Shown: positions 39,298 through 49,684 of the stretch, in pieces
How the letters are laid out: every line of letters begins with the position of its first letter
How positions within the stretch are numbered: position 1 is the first letter of the stretch
NCBI GenBank assembly: GCA_963662655.2
Contig: CAXXTU010000002.1
Span: 320,001-384,000, forward strand
Length of the DNA stretch: 64,000 nucleotides
Direction of reading: 5' to 3'
DNA from: Candidatus Cloacimonadales bacterium
GTDB lineage: Bacteria > Cloacimonadota > Cloacimonadia > Cloacimonadales > JAIOQZ01
Made by a program: the position numbers and the translations under genes
Notes under the pieces: model-generated
Seen by the model: only the letters and a program-made list of their open reading frames with translations
Database searches by the model: none
What the model was told of the DNA's origin: nothing

Positions 39298-39757
39298 TGA
39301 TCACGCTGGCCCGGGTGCCACGAATGGATTGAGAGCCGGTCAGAAGTTCGCGATAACGGTTCTTGCCGGTGAGATTGAAGTAATCGATGATTTGTGTGAG
39401 AGCTCGGAGTTCGAGAGACTTCTTGAACGAAGCGATATCTTTGACCGTGAGTAGCTCTGCTGCCTGGTCGTCGATGCCTGTTGACTTGATGATGCCCGTG
39501 CCGATCGTCTTGATGTTGATGAATTCAAGGACGGATTCGAAGAGGATAAACGAGTATGCGTAGCGAAATGCGGAAGCAAGAGCGGAACCCGGAGTCTCAC
39601 TTGTCGCTTCATCGTAATGCGTTTTTTCAACATGATTACGAAGATACGATATTGCAGCTGCAGAGTGAGCGCTGAGCGTGCTTTCAATATTGCCGTCGAT
39701 GGGCAAATTTACAATTGTTCTTACATCTGCTGCACTGACCGGAATCGCTGCTGCCAT
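39275..39757 (-). CDS. Putative head-tail connector
   Basis: GAGG RBS; VSAADVR N-terminus; first gene of the structural block. Confidence 0.45.
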   Translation of the reverse strand: MAAAIPVSAADVRTIVNLPIDGNIESTLSAHSAAAISYLRNHVEKTHYDEATSETPGSALASAFRYAYSFILFESVLEFINIKTIGTGIIKSTGIDDQAAELLTVKDIASFKKSLELRALTQIIDYFNLTGKNRYRELLTGSQSIRGTRASVISGDDDDE

Positions 39758-39921
39758 TTGGCTACCTCACATCGTTTAATGATGCGAGTTTGCAGCAGCA
39801 TTAGAGGGGTGTCAAAAACGCATGGGTACATTTGACACAGTATTTTAAGGGAGTGATATTTTTTTCACATACGGTAATTACGAGAAATGATAATAGAATA
39901 GGCAATCACTGAGAAATTCAG

Positions 39922-41661
39922 TTACTCAGAGATTTTGAAGTCCTTCTTTACTCCTAAAAGTTTTCCTTCATCAGTTTCGTCAGTTAGTTCCAGAACAGTG
40001 TTATTGTGTATTATCTTGGCAGTTTTGTCCTTTCCAAGAACTGATTCTACCTCGGCTATTTGGTTTTGGTTTAAAGTAGCGATATACTGATGATCCGAAC
40101 CATGAAATGTTTCAAAAGCAATCTCGAACATATCCGCTTTCTGCCTTTCGTCAACACCATCAAAAATTCGATTATCATGAAAGATGAAGTCAATCTCATG
40201 ATTCTCTCCTTTAAATAATAGTGTTGTATCATAGCAAAATATCTTCACATTATTAATTCCATCTGATCCGTCAGACTCAATTTTTGCGTCTATTCGGAAT
40301 TGTAATTGATTATCACCTTCTAAGACATTAATGGTTAATCCTGCAGTACTAGACGGGTAAAATCTTTTCGCCAGGCTCCTGAAGTATTTTGACTTCAAGC
40401 TGAAGTTTTTCTCATTCTCAATTAAATACTCTCTAGCTTGTTGAACCCCTTCAATAAGTTCTTGATCAAATACTGATTTCTTCTTGTCGTATGAATTCAA
40501 TAGTTCTCTATATTGCAGAAGCTTTTCTCTCTCAATCTCAAGTTCTGAGCATCTGTCCTTGATGTTCATTAGAACATCCAAGGCTTGATGAACATTCAAA
40601 TACTGCAGGATTCCATCAAGTTCATTTTTCAATGCCTTGTACTTCTGCTTTTCTTCACTTAGATTGGTTATGTGATCCTTCTTCTGTGATTGAAGCCTAC
40701 TCTTCCGATTTTTCAGAAGAGTACTCATGAATTTGTCAACCTCACTCAATGAAGTTCTTAATGCATCAGGAAAATACACCTGCGTTTCATTGTATATTCT
40801 TTCCATTTCTCGTGCATCAAGATCCGCAGGTTTTTGTATGCTCTTCTCGATATTGGCAATTTTTCTTTTTAGGATTTCAATATCATTTTTCTTGGCTGAA
40901 AGCCTCTCAACAAGATTGTTTTCCTTATCTTTCATATTATCATAGTCATCTGCAACCTTCAAGTTATGAATATCATGCCTTAGCTTCTCAATTTCCTCTT
41001 CAAGTTCATCTATCTTGATGTCCATATTCTTGCCGCCACCAAAAAAGCCTTGCAATAATGGATCTTTCTCAATGTTTCTCTTGAGCTTTTTTACATCTTT
41101 AAGGTCATTGATCAGTTTTAATCTAGAAGCATATAATATAGGGTCAATACCTAAAAGAAAGCCATTATAGAGTCCTGTTTGGTAAATGGATTTTGCTTTG
41201 CTTGGGGCATCAAATGAAGTATACGCTGCTCTATTATAGCGAATGAAGAAGGGCAACAGGGCACGAAAAGACAAGTATCCAATCTTCTTGGGTATATCAA
41301 AAGCCAAAGTTTCTATTTTCGTTGTAAAATCGGAGATGCTCATTGTTTTACCGTTTAAAATGATATTGCCTGGATCGGAATTAGATCTTCTGGATATATA
41401 GTGCTTATCATTGACATTAAACTCTAAAATGAAATCCCAATCGGGTAATACGTCTATGAACTGTTTGTAGGGTGTCGTACTTGCACCAAGACAATAATGT
41501 ATAAGATAGACGATTAATGATTTTCCGATACCATTATAGGTTCTGTCTCGATCTTTGCTATCAGGATTCACTTTTTGCCCGACGATAAAAGTTAAACCGC
41601 TTGGATTGAATTTCACCTCGTTAAAGCTTTTTTTGTTTGATGATAGCTTCAGTAGTTTCAT
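39922..41661 (-). CDS. SMC-like ABC ATPase (DUF2326; Lamassu LmuB/ABC-3C type)
   Basis: Walker A NGIGKS, long coiled coil, signature SDG...IFCYD, Walker B FIFHD. Confidence 0.85.
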   Translation of the reverse strand: MKLLKLSSNKKSFNEVKFNPSGLTFIVGQKVNPDSKDRDRTYNGIGKSLIVYLIHYCLGASTTPYKQFIDVLPDWDFILEFNVNDKHYISRRSNSDPGNIILNGKTMSISDFTTKIETLAFDIPKKIGYLSFRALLPFFIRYNRAAYTSFDAPSKAKSIYQTGLYNGFLLGIDPILYASRLKLINDLKDVKKLKRNIEKDPLLQGFFGGGKNMDIKIDELEEEIEKLRHDIHNLKVADDYDNMKDKENNLVERLSAKKNDIEILKRKIANIEKSIQKPADLDAREMERIYNETQVYFPDALRTSLSEVDKFMSTLLKNRKSRLQSQKKDHITNLSEEKQKYKALKNELDGILQYLNVHQALDVLMNIKDRCSELEIEREKLLQYRELLNSYDKKKSVFDQELIEGVQQAREYLIENEKNFSLKSKYFRSLAKRFYPSSTAGLTINVLEGDNQLQFRIDAKIESDGSDGINNVKIFCYDTTLLFKGENHEIDFIFHDNRIFDGVDERQKADMFEIAFETFHGSDHQYIATLNQNQIAEVESVLGKDKTAKIIHNNTVLELTDETDEGKLLGVKKDFKISE

Positions 41662-41897
41662 TTTTTCTCCAGAATGCCTTCAGTCTCTATTATTACTCCG
41701 AGTGAATACAAGAAAGACAATGCAAGGAGCATGTAATCAAAGGTATGTATATGAGTTCCTTTGTTTCTTCGACAATATTTCTGATAAGCAATCCATAATG
41801 AATCCAAAGACATTGGCTTCTTTAATAGTGATAGTATGATAGCTCCAAAGCCAAGTAAAGATTCCGATCTTGAGATATGCTTAGCCGGGACTAACAT
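41658..41897 (-). CDS. ABC-three-component middle component (LmuC-like)
   Basis: 79 aa, P-x-KHI...SLLGFGA...LALSFLYSLG, coupled between effector and ATPase. Confidence 0.75.
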   Translation of the reverse strand: MLVPAKHISRSESLLGFGAIILSLLKKPMSLDSLWIAYQKYCRRNKGTHIHTFDYMLLALSFLYSLGVIIETEGILEKK

Positions 41898-42801
41898 GTT
41901 GGCTCCTCGAAGACATCACAGGTCTCGAAGTACTTCGCAAGTATGACAATAACATGTGCTACGTAGTTCTTGTCATTTTTGGGGGCAACAGAATAAACTA
42001 GTGCCCAAAACAAATCACGACCAGAATACTCGTCGCATAACTGACGGTACTTCTTCTGAACTTCATCTCTTAATTTCGTAGAATTGAATTCGGCTAGATT
42101 TCTGAGATAGTAATCAAGCTGACTAACGTATAAAAAACTGCTTTCAAGTAGCGTTTCTGCATCACTACCAGCCAATCCATTGAATAACATCTTTTCTTCC
42201 CACGGAGGTACCGTTAACCTTTCATCTCCTGTGGGTTTTGGTGGCTGTTCACTGAGGTATTTGATAACTTCTGAAATAATGGAGTATTCCAATCTTGTCA
42301 TATCATTGAAATTTGGATAAGAAACAATTGAGTAAATTTGATCCTCTGTAAGATGATCAAAGAGGATATTTTCTAAATCTTTTGCTTGTATAACACTGGC
42401 GTCTCTTAGATTGTTATCAGTCCTAATTCCTTCAATACACCTGTAAATATCTGGGTGAACACCTTTGTACTTATCATTCACAACGAAGTGGTATTCGTTT
42501 ATATCACCGATATCTTCTCGGTTTTTTTTAAGCCCAGAGAAATCCTCTCTTGCTTTTTTCGCTGCTTCATAATACTTCGTTTCTAACTCTTCTGGGGCAT
42601 ATACTTGATAGAAGATTCCTTTTGAGCGGATGTATCCATCATTCTTTCTGTCTCCAATATTACCCCAAGGTTTGATTGAAACAAAATCTTGTTCGAAGTA
42701 ATACATGATTTTCTCGAACAAATCTTGGAATTTTTTCCATCTGCTTCGTGTATCAGCAAATGGAATAATTTCCTTGCAAAACCACTCTCGACTGCATTCA
42801 T
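41891..42801 (-). CDS. ABC-3C/Lamassu effector (PD-(D/E)XK-like nuclease + CTD), apparently frameshifted near the 5' end
   Basis: FQDLF...GDRKNDG...YQVYAPE; C-terminal YFETCDVFE; ATG 42801 with AGGA RBS lies in another frame, joined at A6 tract 42731-42736. Confidence 0.7.
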
Positions 42802-42901
42802 TTCGTAATCCTTCAAACATCCAACAATTTATTCTCCCTTTATGTTCTTCAATAGGCTCTGTCAAGTTTTTTGCCAGCAATTTTCTTCCGAAACAGATCT
42901 A

Positions 42902-43771
42902 TCAATCAATCACCGTCTCCGTCCTGCACTTCCAGTGAAACGGCGGAAAGGGCGTATGCGCTCCGGAGACTCCGATGGGTTCGTCCTTCTCATTCCTGAT
43001 GATCTGGGAGTCCTTGACCCAGGGAGCCAGGGCTTTCAACTGCTCCCTGGCTGATTCGATATTGTCCAGGTCGATCGCCATCATTTGGTTACGTACCTGA
43101 ATGGCATCGGCGAGCGGGTAACGCTTGTTCTGAGAGATAAGGGCGTAGCATATCTCGGACGTTCGATCGTCCATCGGGTTGATCAGCCTGTAATGAGTCG
43201 CCCCAGCCTGCTGATACCCCTCCAGACGCCCGAATTCACGCACACGTAGCGCTGTGTGTTCTGCAAGCCCCTGCCAGTAGTATGCCGATTGTTTGCCCAG
43301 GTCTTGAAACTCGATTTTGAGCCGGTCTGCAAGCATCTCTTGCGTATATCCTCTTCTCATTGCATCGGTCAAAGCATCGGTGAACTTACCCGAAATATCA
43401 GCGTTGAAATGCTCTCCCACCCAGAAGACGCTCTGCTCGGTGAACGTGTTGACCAGTCCTTGCTGCTCCAGCCCGTAGATACCGATAGAGATACCCGAAC
43501 CGACCTGCTTCTTGACGTCCTTCAAACCGAACTCGAACGATTTCTGGATGAAGGTCTTCGTGTCCTTGTTAACCTCAGCAGCAAAGTCCTGGCCAAGGTT
43601 CGAATTGATGATCTCGATGACCTTGTTGATGGTCTTCTCGTTCATCCGATCACCCTGGGGAATGTCCGCCAGAGCCTGTATCGAGAACCTGGCAGCCTCT
43701 TTGATTTCCTTCTTCCAGGCGTTATTGAGCACCTTGTAGTACTCGTACATCAACGTGTCGAATCGGTTCAT
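42902..43771 (-). CDS. Phage head morphogenesis protein (Mu gpF/SPP1 gp7-like)
   Basis: DDRTSEIC and PPFHWKCRT motifs. Confidence 0.88.
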   Translation of the reverse strand: MNRFDTLMYEYYKVLNNAWKKEIKEAARFSIQALADIPQGDRMNEKTINKVIEIINSNLGQDFAAEVNKDTKTFIQKSFEFGLKDVKKQVGSGISIGIYGLEQQGLVNTFTEQSVFWVGEHFNADISGKFTDALTDAMRRGYTQEMLADRLKIEFQDLGKQSAYYWQGLAEHTALRVREFGRLEGYQQAGATHYRLINPMDDRTSEICYALISQNKRYPLADAIQVRNQMMAIDLDNIESAREQLKALAPWVKDSQIIRNEKDEPIGVSGAHTPFPPFHWKCRTETVID

Positions 43772-43832
43772 CTTGTGTCCTTTGTCACTTCATTCCATTG
43801 CCCTCCCGCGGGAGGGCTCAGGGATGAGGTGG

Positions 43833-44429
43833 TCAGGCTTTGCTGAAATTGAGATTGATGAGCCGCCAGGGATCATCCAGGCTGTCACGTTCGTACACGT
43901 TGACGTATGTCCTGGTCGAGCTTATCCGAAGGGCTTCGTCAATCAGCTCCATTGCTTCTTTCCACAATGGATTCTTGTGGCTGTACTTCTTCAGCGACAG
44001 AAGCTTGGTCTTGGGTATCGATGATTTCCCCGAGCCGAAGATATCGCTGATGAGCTCTTTCAGAAGCGGATCGGAATCTTTTGTCAGCGTACCGATGAAA
44101 TCCTCGAGCTTCTGCTTTGCGAGCTGGATCTCCGGATCAAACGTGACCATGTCGCGGTTGCGGATCTCCACCTTCTTCAGTTCGTCAAAACTGATCAGCT
44201 CTTTGTTGCCCTTCCATGTCTCATCATACTGCTCTGCGAGCTTGTCCAGGTAGCCGCCCACATCGTTTGTGATGCGTTGCTTGTCCTGCTTGATTCTCTC
44301 ATTGAGTCGATGTGCGCGATCAATGGATCGCTGCACGATGTTGTTGCGCTTTACAAGTTCAGGATCAAGAATGCTCACTGGATATTCTCGTCCTTTGGCA
44401 TCGGTAAGCACTTTGACTGTCTTTGCCAT
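43833..44429 (-). CDS. DUF3164 family protein
   Basis: DAKGR-x-x-P, KGN-x-x-L-x-SFD, FD-x-x-IQLAK, WKEAM-x-x-I, INLNF pattern. Confidence 0.75.
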   Translation of the reverse strand: MAKTVKVLTDAKGREYPVSILDPELVKRNNIVQRSIDRAHRLNERIKQDKQRITNDVGGYLDKLAEQYDETWKGNKELISFDELKKVEIRNRDMVTFDPEIQLAKQKLEDFIGTLTKDSDPLLKELISDIFGSGKSSIPKTKLLSLKKYSHKNPLWKEAMELIDEALRISSTRTYVNVYERDSLDDPWRLINLNFSKA

Positions 44430-44459
44430 TCGTAGCTCCTTTATCGTATTTGATTGTGG

Positions 44460-45543
44460 TCAATATCTCAGTGTCCGGACACGAAATCGATTTCTGCCGA
44501 TGTCGTATTCGTTGAATCGTTCCAAGCAGCCAGCTACAGCGTCACAGCCGTCGATGTAGCCCTGGGGATAGGTGAGGAACTGGCTGATCAGTTTGGGGGT
44601 GTCCTGCCCGTCAGGGAAAAGCAGTTTGCCGCTCTCGATAATGGTATCGAGACGCTCGATCCGCTTGTTCTTGTTCTCTTTGTTGTTGATTCTGCGGAAG
44701 TGGTGCGAGATGGGCGTCAGACCGGTATCATGAGCCCAGCGATCGAAGTCTGCCAGGATGCGATCCTGACCGAAAACGGTCTCGATCGAGGGCCTGAATA
44801 TCGCTCCGAACTGTTTGCTACGATGCAGGAATGTCTCGTAAAGGTACTGGAAGTAGCTCGAGCTCTTCGTTTGCCGAACCCATACGTCGATGATATAGAA
44901 GTGATTGCCGTCCCATCCTGCTGTTATCACAGCCTTGTACGCGCCTTTCTCGCCCCAGGCTGGATCCGAGTACAGCCACACCTGCGTGAAGGGATCGTTG
45001 TCGTTCGAGTGCTTCTTGAACCACTCATGCTTGAAAATGTTGCCCTCGATGACGGGCTTGCCCAGCATCTCACGCTGATAGCCAACGTTGCCCAACTTTT
45101 TCCGAAGTGCTGGCAGGCTTGCGGTGGGATACTGCTCTTCCCACACTGAATTCCCATTCTCATCTTCAACCGGGTACCGGAGAAGAATCCCTGACTCCGC
45201 TTCAATGTGTTTCACGTCGCCCGGATCAAACCCTTGGTGATCCTCTTTGATCTCATCGATCAGCTTGTCCTGGTACTGACAGATCGCATAGTTCGGATGT
45301 ACCAGGTTACCCAGCCAGATGATTCGTCCACCGCCCTGGGGATTCAAGGAGCCACCAATCTCCTGAATGATCTTGTCCATCTTACGATGACCGATTGATT
45401 GATTGCCTTGATTCTTGTCCTGGTCGATGTCATCACAGACCACAAGCCCAGGTCGCAAAGCCGTTCTGGGATTCACGGTACCGCGAATTGACTGGAGAAC
45501 AGACCTTGCCCGGATCCGGGTCTTGTTCCGGAGAAAGAAGTTC
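44460..45543 (-). pseudogene. Terminase large subunit, 5'-truncated by ISL3
   Basis: RPGLVVCDDID, YQREM, SDPA, K-x-x-RI, DGCDA motifs; first 18 codons of the listed ORF come from the IS end. Confidence 0.85.
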
Positions 45544-46890
45544 GGCACTGTTGCAAACTTAGTGGGTAAGTCGGAAAAAAGATAGAGAGGAATCACCCGA
45601 TCTCGTACAATCTCCTAATCACCACAACAAGGAGATAGAGATGAATGATCCTCTCAGAAAACAAGTCTGTAAAACGTTGTTGGCTTTGCAAGGTTATTCT
45701 GCCGACCAGATAATCGAAGGTACGTATCAAACTTATCCATGCATTGAAGTCCATGTTCGAAAGGAAGATGAGCCACGTTGTCCTACATGCGGTATTGTGG
45801 GAACAGTTTATGATCATCGAGTCCGCAAAATTCTTCATGCATCCATATCCTGTCGTCCCGTAGTACTTGTGCTGACGCTTCGCCGGATCAACTGCGCTCA
45901 GTGTGGAGTGAAAACTGAACAACAGGATATTGCCGAGGGTCTCAATCGACACTCTAAAGACTTCGGCAATAAGGTTCTCCAGTTCACGCTTCGTTCAGAC
46001 AATGCTTCTGTAGCACGGATATTCGGTGTGGATCGGAGTACGATTTATCGAATCGACAAAATTGAGTTATCCAAGTTGGAAAAGGGTTATAGAGGACGAG
46101 TTCCGAATGTCGATCAGATTGCAATTGACGAGATTGGTTATAAGCGAAGGCATAAGTATGCAACGGTTATCACAAACCATGAGGACGGGCGTGTGATCGA
46201 CCTGACAATGGGCAAATCGAAAGAAAGTGCGAAGGAGTTGTTTCGAAAATACGAACGACGACTCCGCTGGATTGATACCGTAACAATGGATTTCAGTGGT
46301 TCATATATCGGCGCTGTTTCCGAGTGTTGGAGTGCCGATATGATCGTATTTGATCGTTTCCATTTCAGCCGCCTGGTCAACAGAAAAGTGGAAGAAGTAC
46401 GACGAGAACTTCAGAGAGATTTTGAATCTGACAAGTTGCGTCAGAGCAAGAAACACGACCGGTGGTTGGTTTTGACCAGAAAACACAATCACAAAGAAAA
46501 CCATCAAGCCCGACTCAAGAAACTGGAGACGCTAAATCATCCCCTTTACGAAGCCTATTTGCTCAAAGAAGATTTACTATCGATTTTCGAAGACGATATT
46601 ACGCAAGAAGAAGCGAAGCCGATGATTGAAGAGTGGTGCAGAGTTATTCAGAAAACCGTCTTCGAGCCACTGAAGGCACTTGCAAGAACGATTATGAAGA
46701 GATTGCATATTGTGTTGAACTGGTTCAAGCATAGAATCACGAATGCCAAGGCAGAAGCGGTTAACAACGTCATTCGAACCATTATAAAGAGAGCGTATGG
46801 ATACAAGGACTTCTCATACTTCAGATTGAAGGTTCTGCAATGTTGCGGATATCTGAATACCCATTCACCCACTTAATATGCAACAGTGCC
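45544..46890 (+). mobile_element. ISL3 family insertion sequence (1347 bp)
   Basis: 24-bp terminal inverted repeats GGCACTGTTGCA... (21/24 match) at 45544-45567 and 46867-46890; no target duplication. Confidence 0.92.
45641..46876 (+). CDS. ISL3 family transposase
   Basis: Zn finger CPTCG...CAQCG, HTH, IAIDE, TMD, DRFH, TNAKAEAVN...AYGY. Confidence 0.93.
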   Translation: MNDPLRKQVCKTLLALQGYSADQIIEGTYQTYPCIEVHVRKEDEPRCPTCGIVGTVYDHRVRKILHASISCRPVVLVLTLRRINCAQCGVKTEQQDIAEGLNRHSKDFGNKVLQFTLRSDNASVARIFGVDRSTIYRIDKIELSKLEKGYRGRVPNVDQIAIDEIGYKRRHKYATVITNHEDGRVIDLTMGKSKESAKELFRKYERRLRWIDTVTMDFSGSYIGAVSECWSADMIVFDRFHFSRLVNRKVEEVRRELQRDFESDKLRQSKKHDRWLVLTRKHNHKENHQARLKKLETLNHPLYEAYLLKEDLLSIFEDDITQEEAKPMIEEWCRVIQKTVFEPLKALARTIMKRLHIVLNWFKHRITNAKAEAVNNVIRTIIKRAYGYKDFSYFRLKVLQCCGYLNTHSPT

Positions 46891-47487
46891 TAATATAATA
46901 CCTGTGAACCCACCTACATTCGTACAGCCATTGACTTCGCCACTGAAATGACAACTATCTACCATTGTATACATGCTCATGAGTCCAACCAATCCACCAA
47001 CATTATTTTCCCCAGTAACACTGCCTGTAACTTTACAATGTGTAATCTCTGTTACCCAACACATGCCAGCCAGGCCGCCTGATTTGTTGTTCCCCATAAT
47101 TTCTACATTCAATAATTTCACAAAAGATATTTCAGCCCTCTCTGTCTTTGCGAACAATCCAGTATTGACTGAAGTATTTCTTCGGATGCAAATATCCTCA
47201 ATTGAGTGATTCTGACCGTTGTAGATTCCTTTGAATTCTCCATCCGTTCCGATAGGAAGAAAGCCTTCTCCTCCGTTCCAGTTCTCGGTATCGGAGGCGT
47301 CGATGTCGGCGGTTTGAATGAAATGGCTCTCCCATGACTCGGGCGTAGTGCTCAACCAGAGGAGGTTGTCGAGGGTTGCGATCTGGTAGGGAGAATTCTC
47401 CGTTCCGGAACCTTCCGGCTGAACGCCGTCGGCGAATGCAATCGATGTGCTGAGTAGAAGCATGCAAAATACAATCAGAGTACGCAT
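46891..47487 (-). pseudogene. GLUG-repeat secreted protein, 3'-truncated by ISL3
   Basis: Signal peptide, GSGT-x-x-SPYQI, VGGLVG repeats; terminal GTVAY-stop is read from the IS inverted repeat. Confidence 0.8.
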
Positions 47488-47639
47488 ATATCCTCCCATT
47501 TGAAGCACAAATGTTTAACAATGCAAAAAATGTTCCTATAATAAGTCAAAAATGGTTGGCCATTAGGTAAACAATTTCCGTTGCTTGATACAGAAAAAGC
47601 CCCGCGGAACGCAGGGCTAACAAGATTCAATAGGATTAC

Positions 47640-49338
47640 TTATTTCTTCAAGCCAAACGGCCAGGCCATAAGTCCGCCTTCGAGGACGCGGACGTTCGTG
47701 TAGCCCAGTCCACGAAGAATGCAGGAGGCTTCATAGCCACGCAGTGATATCTTGCACCACGTGATGATGGGGGCGTCTTTATCCTGCGGAAGTTTATCCG
47801 TCATCTGGCGGAGTTTTCCGAGCGGGATGAGCGTTTCCCCTGCATCCAGGCGCATCTGCTCGTATTCGTCCGGACCACGGACATCGAGCAGGAACGGTTT
47901 TTCTTCGTCATTTTCGATGATCGCTTTGAGTTCCATGGAGCTGATTCCGTCCATGCGTTTGAGGAGCTTGTTCTCTAGAACGTGAACCGCCGTGATGAAT
48001 CCATCCAGTGCCTGAGAGAAAGGCGGGGCGTAGGGGAGATCGAGGTTCACGAGCTGATGGACGTGCATGCAGTTGTGCAATGCCATTGCGCCGATTGCGA
48101 GGCGTTTGGAGACGTCACCGGGGCCTGCGGCTTGCATACCGAGGAGCTTACCCGTGGATTTATCGGCCACCAGCTTGATGATGAGGAGCTTACCACCCAT
48201 GAAGCCGGGTTTGTCCGGCGCTGCGTGTATGGCTGTCATGATATTGCTGTAGCCTTCGGCGCGTGCGCGTGACTCGGAGAGTCCGACGCTGCCGACGGTG
48301 TAATCGAAAACCTTGCAGATACCGGTCATGATCGCGCCCGGGTATTCCGTGCGGTTGCCAAGAACCATGTTCTGGGCGGCAACGCGACCCTGGAGGTTGG
48401 CGGCGTCGCCCATGGGCCAGTGGATTTTATTGAACGTTACCAGGTCGGTGATTTCAACGCAATCGCCTGCCGCGAAGATATCGTGATTGCTGGTCTGCAT
48501 GAAGTTGTTCACGCAGATCGCGCCTTTGACGCCGAGCTTCAGGTTGGCAGTCTTTGCCAGCTCGTTGTTCGGCTTTACGCCGATCGATACGACGACGAAA
48601 TCGGCTTCGAGCGCTTCACCGTTATCGAGTTTCACACCGCTGACTTTGCCTTCGCCGAGGAATTCGGTGGCTGCAACGCCGGTGATGACCCGCGCACCCT
48701 TTTGGTGGAGGTGATTTTGCACGATGAGCGCCATTTCTGGATCGAGGAATGGCAGGATGTAGGGAAGCTTCTCGACAACAGTTACCTTGATTCCCGCAAG
48801 CGCGAACGCTTCCGCGGTCTCGATGCCGATCAGTCCACCGCCGATGATAACGGCCTTCTTGATCGAATTGCTCTTCACCTTTTCCTTGATGAAAAGGGCG
48901 TTGTTGATATCGTGAAGGGTCGTGACGTTCTCCAGATCGATACCCTTGATGGGCGGTTTGATCGGAGATGCGCCCACGGCGAGCATGAGCTTGTCATAAG
49001 GCAAATCTTCCGTTTTTACCGTCTGCCAGCGAACGTACCGTCACCTGCTTCTTTTCGGGATCGAATCATGATTGCCTCGGTGTTCGTTCTCGCGATTACC
49101 TTCTTGGCGTTCTTGAAAAAATGATTCGTCGCGGGGAGCTCCAGTCGGAGTGCAGACGAGTTTCTCCTTTTCGTCGAACATCCCACCGATGAAATAGGGA
49201 TATCCGCATGAAGCCATCGACATATATGACCCTTTCTGAATAAGGGTGATCTCTGCGCCTTTCGTCCAAGCGACGAATCTTCGCTGCGGTTTTGGGGCCT
49301 GCAGCCGCTCCGCCGATAATCAGATACCGTGTTGCCAT
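47640..49338 (-). CDS. CoA-disulfide reductase/NADH oxidase with C-terminal rhodanese; 5' part frameshifted
   Basis: IIGGAAAG, SCGYPY, GGGLIG, AAGD, YAPPFS, rhodanese CKISLRG; four +1 bases in short runs between 49010 and 49265. Confidence 0.85.
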
Positions 49339-49482
49339 ATTTCCTCCTTTATGAACCATCGTGCAAAACGGACCAATTTCTGTCAAGCATGCGCATTCCC
49401 CTCTTTAGCCGTCAAATGATTCGTGCGTTATTAAAGAAAATAAGGTTTTCCGTGCGTGACATAGAGTTTTCTGCCCGATCCA

Positions 49483-49591
49483 GCGCGGGGCGGCGGGTGT
49501 GCTGCGCACACGGTTCGTTCACTTGATAACATGCCCGAGTTATCAAGTGAACGAACCAGGGAAGCCGGAGGCTTCCGCCGCCGCCCCGCGC
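49483..49591. repeat. Cloverleaf palindromic intergenic element, copy 2
   Basis: 14-bp perfect outer stem plus three perfect hairpins. Confidence 0.75.
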
Positions 49592-49633
49592 GGGAGCAAG
49601 TCACATTTAACGTCGGTTACCGGGGCCCGGGGT

Positions 49634-49667
49634 AAAAAAAAGCTCTGGATGGCTTATCCAGAGCTTT
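49634..49667 (-). terminator. Rho-independent terminator of ABC permease
   Basis: AGCTCTGGAT/ATCCAGAGCT stem with a U run on the minus strand. Confidence 0.75.
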
Positions 49668-49684
49668 AAAGAGGCACGTGTATT

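Larger units (their letters stand above)
24732..45543 (-). mobile_element. Truncated prophage (siphovirus-like morphogenesis and lysis region), possibly transposable
   Basis: Co-oriented terminase, head, portal, capsid, tail, tape measure and endolysin genes next to a tRNA; cut by ISL3 at 45544. Confidence 0.9.

Noticed and set aside
45549..45557. GTTGCAA shared between the ISL3 end and the prophage-end repeat
   Set aside because: Only a 7-bp match, compatible with chance
45544..45952. ORF 45593-45952 and the listed terminase start at 45596
   Set aside because: Both lie inside the IS, antisense to the transposase or within its end
49004..49338. Genuine pseudogenisation or recoding of the CoA-disulfide reductase
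   Set aside because: Four single-base insertions within ~250 bp, all extending short base runs, with the rest of the gene intact; most likely local sequencing error (check reads)
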